Shown here: positions 58,625 through 64,000 of the stretch, piece by piece
How positions within the stretch are numbered: the first letter of the stretch is position 1
Layout: each line of letters opens with the position of its first letter
Notes under the pieces: model-generated
What the model was told of the DNA's origin: nothing
The model's database searches: none
Seen by the model: only the letters and a program-made list of their open reading frames with translations
Translations under genes and position numbers: made by a program
Source of the DNA: Eledone cirrhosa
Lineage: Eukaryota
Length of the DNA stretch: 64,000 nucleotides
Direction: 5' to 3'
NCBI GenBank assembly: GCA_964016885.1
Contig: OZ024740.1
Location: 372,930,001 to 372,994,000, forward strand

Positions 58625-59869
58625 TGTGTGTGTATGTATGGCTGAGCATTCCTTAGGTATGTGTACCTTTAACGCAATTTTCAATGGGGTTCATCCTGAT
58701 AATACATGTGACAAGGCTGGCTCTTTCAATTATACTACTTTCCCACTTTTACTCACAATATACGACTGCCCAGAGATCTCCATAAACACTTGCCCAGGCT
58801 CCGTTCATATACTGAAGAAAGCGCGCGCGCACACACATTAACACTTACATACAAACACACACGTGTACATATCCACACATACTGGCACAGATACACGTAC
58901 ATGCGCACACACAAGCATACAGTCATAAATTTATGAATGTGTAAATATTTATAATGGTTCAGCCAAAAATGATTGAGATAGGAGGTGTGAATTTAATTTA
59001 ATGTTGTATTTACAATTTGTGTGCACTTAAAATGTAATGATAACACAGCTCTTAGCTCACTCTTAATGGTTATAAATGCAGTGGATATAGAATTTTAGTT
59101 CATTTCTCCTCTATACCTATGGTTTTTAAATTCAATTCAGCGGGATATTTCCCAAATAAATGTGATATGACATTTTAGCGTGGATAGACGCCCTAGTGAG
59201 ATCACAAATTCATAAATTATAATTTCGAATAATTGCTGTAGGCATCATCTCAATTGTAAATTTACTTGCCAATTCATCTACTTATATACTAGGAATAAAA
59301 TCCTTTATATGTTTACTGTGCTTGAATATATCAACAATTTTTAATTGAATCAGGAAATAGGAATTTTCGCTATAGGGGACTAGAGCTCAATTTTCAGGCA
59401 ATCTAAAATGAGAGTGATCATTTAGTTACTTCAGTATTATATGCATTTGGTTTGCTGAACCTTGTTACAGTACTGCATCTACAGACTCAGTTTATCTCGA
59501 ATATACGATGTTGCTACATATTGAACATTTTGAACGCATATTTAGAAAAATAAATATATACATTTTCTGAGTGTTGCCGTTGTTACTCGATATAACGTTT
59601 ATTTTGATGTATACGTAATTCTAATAAGATCTCAAATTGTGTCAACTGTAATTAATACAATATAAGATAATTTTGAAGCGGACAATACCTAGAAAAACGG
59701 CATATATATTATTTTATCATTACCCTTCTTTTCACCTGTTCACAACATACTTAAAGGTTCAACAACGAGATATAAAAACAAATTCAAACAATGTAAATCT
59801 CCAAAAGTGGGGACTTCCGAGGGTCACACGAGGAGAAAGCCCACAAAAAGCAACGGTCTACCTGACCAC

Positions 59870-60440
59870 CAGCAACAAGTAATCTCTGCCTGTCTACAGC
59901 CGCATACTTAAAGCAGGACAATTCACTCGGGCCATTCTCGCCTCTCTCACACATCTTTAACCAAAATGTTTGGAAGGCAGCATTTCCATTTTTCCGCAGA
60001 TTTTTTTTCTTTAAATGAAACCTGAAACAATTCATCAGGGTTTCACTGAAGGGTAATGTACTTGTCTTCAGCCCTTTTAGACGTGTCTACAAAACGATCT
60101 CTTTCATCATGATTACCAGACAGAAAAAGATTGCCGGCCATTCCCAGATAAAGGAAGGCAACTGGGCAATCTTCACATGGACTCAGCTTACAGCCAGATC
60201 TACCCTATACGTGACAGAAGGTGTTCGACATAAACCCACAAGCCAGCAATGCTCGTACACTGGACGAGTGTGTTGCAGACGGTTTCGTCGTCCTGCACGT
60301 ATCGGGACAGGCCCAGCTTACGGCACTTCCATGCATGTAGTGTTTATCTCGAGCTGGCAATGCTCCCGTGTAGCACTGCCAGGCCAGGGATCTGTGGAAG
60401 ATATCAATGTACCCTGGTCAAAAGGATCGTCACTCTTGCC
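59870..60440 (-). mobile_element. Decayed L1/Tx1-like ORF2 C-terminus (zinc knuckle)
   Basis: Hand translation of the minus strand: SLAWQCYTGALPARDK..HG...CP..C.DDETV..TLVQC. Confidence 0.65.
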
Positions 60441-60879
60441 TTCCTCATCCCCTCTATAGAACGCTAAGTTGCAGTTTACACTGATCGTACTGCTCGATAA
60501 ATTAGAAGAAATACTAACAATGTTTCAAAAGGTATATATTTCCGAAGAAAGGAGGGAAATAGATGTATTATTAGTATAGAAGATTATGTAGACATGGAGG
60601 TAGCAAGTGTATGAGAACACAAAGAAGCATTAATTAAAGAATTAAAAGGAGAAGAAATGATCGAACGTAAAGTAAATGATGTCATACTTGCTACTAGAAT
60701 GAAGAGGCACAAAAAAAAAAAATAAAAAATACCAAAAGAAAAAGACCAAAAAAAATCGCGAAAACTTCTATGTGAACATTGAAGTGGTCGGATGAAAGAA
60801 ATGTTAGGACTGGAACATGAAATGCTATATGAAGAATGTGAGAGAAGGAATGTTAGTAGCTGTACAGGATCAATTTTAT

Positions 60880-61300
60880 AGTACAACATAAGAATAACAT
60901 GCTGATGGGGAAGAGGTAACAGATCCATGTCAAATATGTCGATCAACGAATGTACAGTAGTAGCACAAATGCATGTATATTTTAGAGACATGTCAAAATG
61001 GCTCTGATTGTCCATTGGAAAATTTGTCCAAACTTATACTTCACTTGCTCTGAGAAATGGCATAGTCATCAAGTTGAGAGGTTGATGGAAAAGGAAAAAG
61101 TGAAACTGTTTTGTGAGTTTCAGTCACACACAGTCATTGAGCACTGTAAGCCAGATATTGTTTTGTTTCGCAAGGTGTGGATTACAGTTGTTGCATGTCG
61201 ATTTCAAACCAACGTATAAAAGGAGAAAAACAATACTAAGTGTGTATAAGGCAGCGTCAATGTTTAAGGCTTAGATGGGAATTGTGAAGACTCTGTACTA
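60880..61300 (+). mobile_element. Second R4/Dong-like RLE fragment
   Basis: LIVHWKIC..EKWHSH..EKVKLFCEFQ..VIEHCKPDIVL. Confidence 0.7.
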
Positions 61301-62499
61301 AATGTAAGGAGCAACATTGGCATAATTATACTCTTAAGAATACTTTTCAGAAATTTATACTGTTTTCCCAGATTTTCATTTTCAACATTGGAAATACCTC
61401 ATTTAGTAATATCAGGTCGAATTGATGATATATCTGATGAGATTGGGAAGAAAAACAACCTGTACGAAACTTGTTTTCAGATCGTTTGTATTTTCTGGTT
61501 AGCGATTTTGAAACATGCCTTCCCCAGAAGCAAGTGCTGTACTTGAAAAATAAAATCAGTCATCATATTACCAGTTATCTCATCATACGAGAAAATATGT
61601 CATTGTCAGAAGTCTTGATGAAATATCATCGTGACTACGAAATCAGCCGCTAGTAATATTTTGAAAAATAATCACGTCCTAATTTAACGTGGGATAACGA
61701 CGCTAGTAGAATTGAAGACCATGTTGAAATAGCAATTCACCTAGCAATGTAGACTAGATTAAGCTTGTTGCTTGGGAGAAGGAAATTGAATCTTCATTTG
61801 AAACATCTTTCACAGGAATGCCCAGCGATTAATTTCCTTCATAATAATCGAAATACAAATAAATTAGAGTAATTGTATACTTGATATATTTTTTTTAAGC
61901 ATACACAATAATAATTTGTTTTTGTGAATATATCTCACGTTTATGTAACTGTTGATCTGCAATTTTGAAATTTGTGCTTTATTTACTTAACTTTAGCCTG
62001 TTCAGTAATTAAGTCATATGGTAACATAACACATTTTTCGCCAGCGACATATCTAATTATGAATAATAACCTCACAAATCGAAACCCATAAACAGATACA
62101 TAGAAGAAAAGTGTGGTTGTTAATAGTTTGTAATTGACAGAAGCATGCTTGTCATCAAAATAGAGTATGATTCATTTAATGATTGTATAATATATGGCGG
62201 AAGGCGTTATCGGCTGGTGCATACTCGAGATTAATTCACATTGGTACAATTGTTCTTTTCTTACTTGCGGTATGCCACATGTCCGTTCTTAATTTACAGT
62301 ATTCTTAAGAGGAATCAAATTCAAGGATGATAGATTCAAGAGCAATCGTTTATTATGCCATGTTGCATCTGATTTATTCGATGTTTTTCAAAGGGAACCT
62401 CAACTCGTTACGACAATTGAACAATAATATCTGGCCTGTAGGATGTATTTTACAATTTTAATATCTGGTTTTCGTATCACCCCTTACCTATGGACATGA

Positions 62500-62884
62500 A
62501 ACTTGGGCATCAACCGAAAGAATGCGATTGCGAATGAAAGCGGTCGAAATGGGGTTCCTCCGATGGGGGAGAGGGTCTTTGGAATAACGTTATTCGATAG
62601 AGTGTCATTCGAGTTAGAACCGCTACTTCTCCGAATTGAGAGATCACAGTTCCAATATTACGGGCATGTGGGTAGAATGTCTCAGGAAGGATTTTACGTG
62701 CAAAACCAACCGATGGGAGATCCCGTACAAGATGGTTCGATAAAATCCATGAACTTGGCTGATCTCTGTTGGGCATCCAGCCAGATCAGTCGGAGACGGT
62801 TGTGTCTGTCAGGAGTGTTTGAAGACTATGTCCCCATGGCTGTATCAGAAATTAGTGAACGAAGAAGAAGAAGAAGAAGAAGAA
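62500..62884 (+). mobile_element. RTE-like LINE 3' end with (GAA)n tail
   Basis: ELEPLLLRIERSQ..YYGHVGRM motif followed by a GAA tail at 62861-62884. Confidence 0.65.
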
Positions 62885-62953
62885 ATATTTATATAGACAT
62901 TTATTTCCGTGATATTAATGTATCCGTTGGTTCTATTTTCGCTGTTGTAGTGC

Positions 62954-63023
62954 ATGTCCAGCCCTGGTCTGCTGCATGTATATATATATATATATATATA
63001 TATACATGCAGCAGACCAGGGCT

Positions 63024-63029
<6 letters not shown>
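62954..63029. repeat. Perfect 25-bp inverted repeat centred on (TA)n
   Basis: atgtccagccctggtctgctgcatg-(ta)n-catgcagcagaccagggctggacat. Confidence 0.95.
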
Positions 63030-63061
<32 letters not shown>

Positions 63062-63064
<3 letters not shown>

Positions 63065-63222
63065 AGGAAGTGTGGTAAGGAACCAGATAGACCATAACGC
63101 ACTAGAGTACTCAATACTTAGTGTAGTAGAATGGGTAATAGAAAATGTTTAACTCCGACGGCAGAGCTCAAGCTATTTCGAAGCGGCTTGAGCTCTGCCG
63201 TCGGGGTTAAACATTTTCCTAT
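63062..63222 (-). mobile_element. Mini fold-back element, family F
   Basis: Tail homologous to 9113 and 19368; hairpin 63138-63222 centred on TTCGAA. Confidence 0.85.
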
Positions 63223-63420
63223 TTGACCTTTTCTGTTTCCAACGGAAATTTTAATACTTATATATATATATATATATAAATATTAGTAAAAGGAAAAGAA
63301 AATGCTGAAAAATGTTTTCCAGTGAAAAATAGTTTAATTAGGAATAAGTATAAATTAGTAATTATATTAATATATATTCTCGCCTGCCCTCTAGTCCAGT
63401 AGTCGCAAGCGGTAGGAGGG

Positions 63421-63464
63421 ACCGTCCTGACGAAGGCCAGTTAAGCCTGAAATGCATAGACGGT
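63421..63464 (+). ncRNA. Canonical type I hammerhead ribozyme within a long GC-rich rod (63386-63500)
   Basis: ACCGTC-CTGACGA-AGGC cagttaa GCCT-GAAAT GC ATA-GACGGT; all core nucleotides and stems intact. Confidence 0.92.
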
Positions 63465-63611
63465 TGTCCCCCTCGCTTCTGCTGGACATCACCAGAGGGC
63501 GTTAACCCACCGGTGTTTTCATAGCTACGGCTTCCTAAAACCCTATTTCTTTGGAGATACGAAATATTTATACATATTGTATAAAGCTATGCTTGAAGCG
63601 AAATCCTATTT

Positions 63612-63665
<54 letters not shown>

Positions 63666-64000
63666 TTATACATATATGGAAATTCCTCCAAGACGAGTCA
63701 AATTTTGAGTTTCACATATTTTTCTTACTTCAGTCGATATTGTAAATATTCTTGTGTAGCGATGAGTTCTATTCTATTTGGCTATATCTGGTCATGTGAT
63801 ATACCACATTGAACGTGGCAATCTCTTATAGATAAAATTTAATAAATGGTAATTTCCCTGTTTCATTGGTTTGATATTTGACTCGAAGAATGTGTACCCA
63901 TACCGATTAAAGACGCCTTTCTAACCGGTAAACAAGCGCCGTAACGAAACAGGATACTTTCGGGGTGCATAAGGTTGTATTACAACAGTTACATGTTGTT

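Noticed and set aside
60016-60046. CTGATGA (minus strand) in a small hairpin
   Set aside because: It lies within the Tx1-like coding remnant and has no matching GAAA or stem III.
61431-61482. CTGATGAG...CGAAACTTGTT
   Set aside because: Stem II does not pair beyond the first base pair.

Overview
This is AT-rich, microsatellite-dense eukaryotic DNA. The tRNA-derived SINE families resemble those of octopod cephalopods (inference from recall, not searched). No host gene exon was recognised. The window is dominated by retroelements. It holds three near-complete Penelope-like elements (PLEs; RT plus C-terminal GIY-YIG) at about 3.2-5.8 kb, 24.7-28.3 kb and 37.3-41.8 kb, several PLE fragments, decayed CR1/L2-like, R4/Dong-like, L1/Tx1-like and RTE-like LINE pieces, and many SINE copies. 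The main hidden signal is about 20 type-I hammerhead ribozyme (HHR) motifs from at least 10 sequence families on both strands, most with a palindromic stem III. Three families carry the compensatory U3-A8 core. At least eight fold-back insertions share one architecture: an inverted arm, an HHR-bearing arm, a unique 3' tail and usually (TA)n flanks. In one non-coding family the fold-back point falls on palindromes of the ribozyme itself. All RNA structures were paired by eye, and none has been folded computationally or tested.
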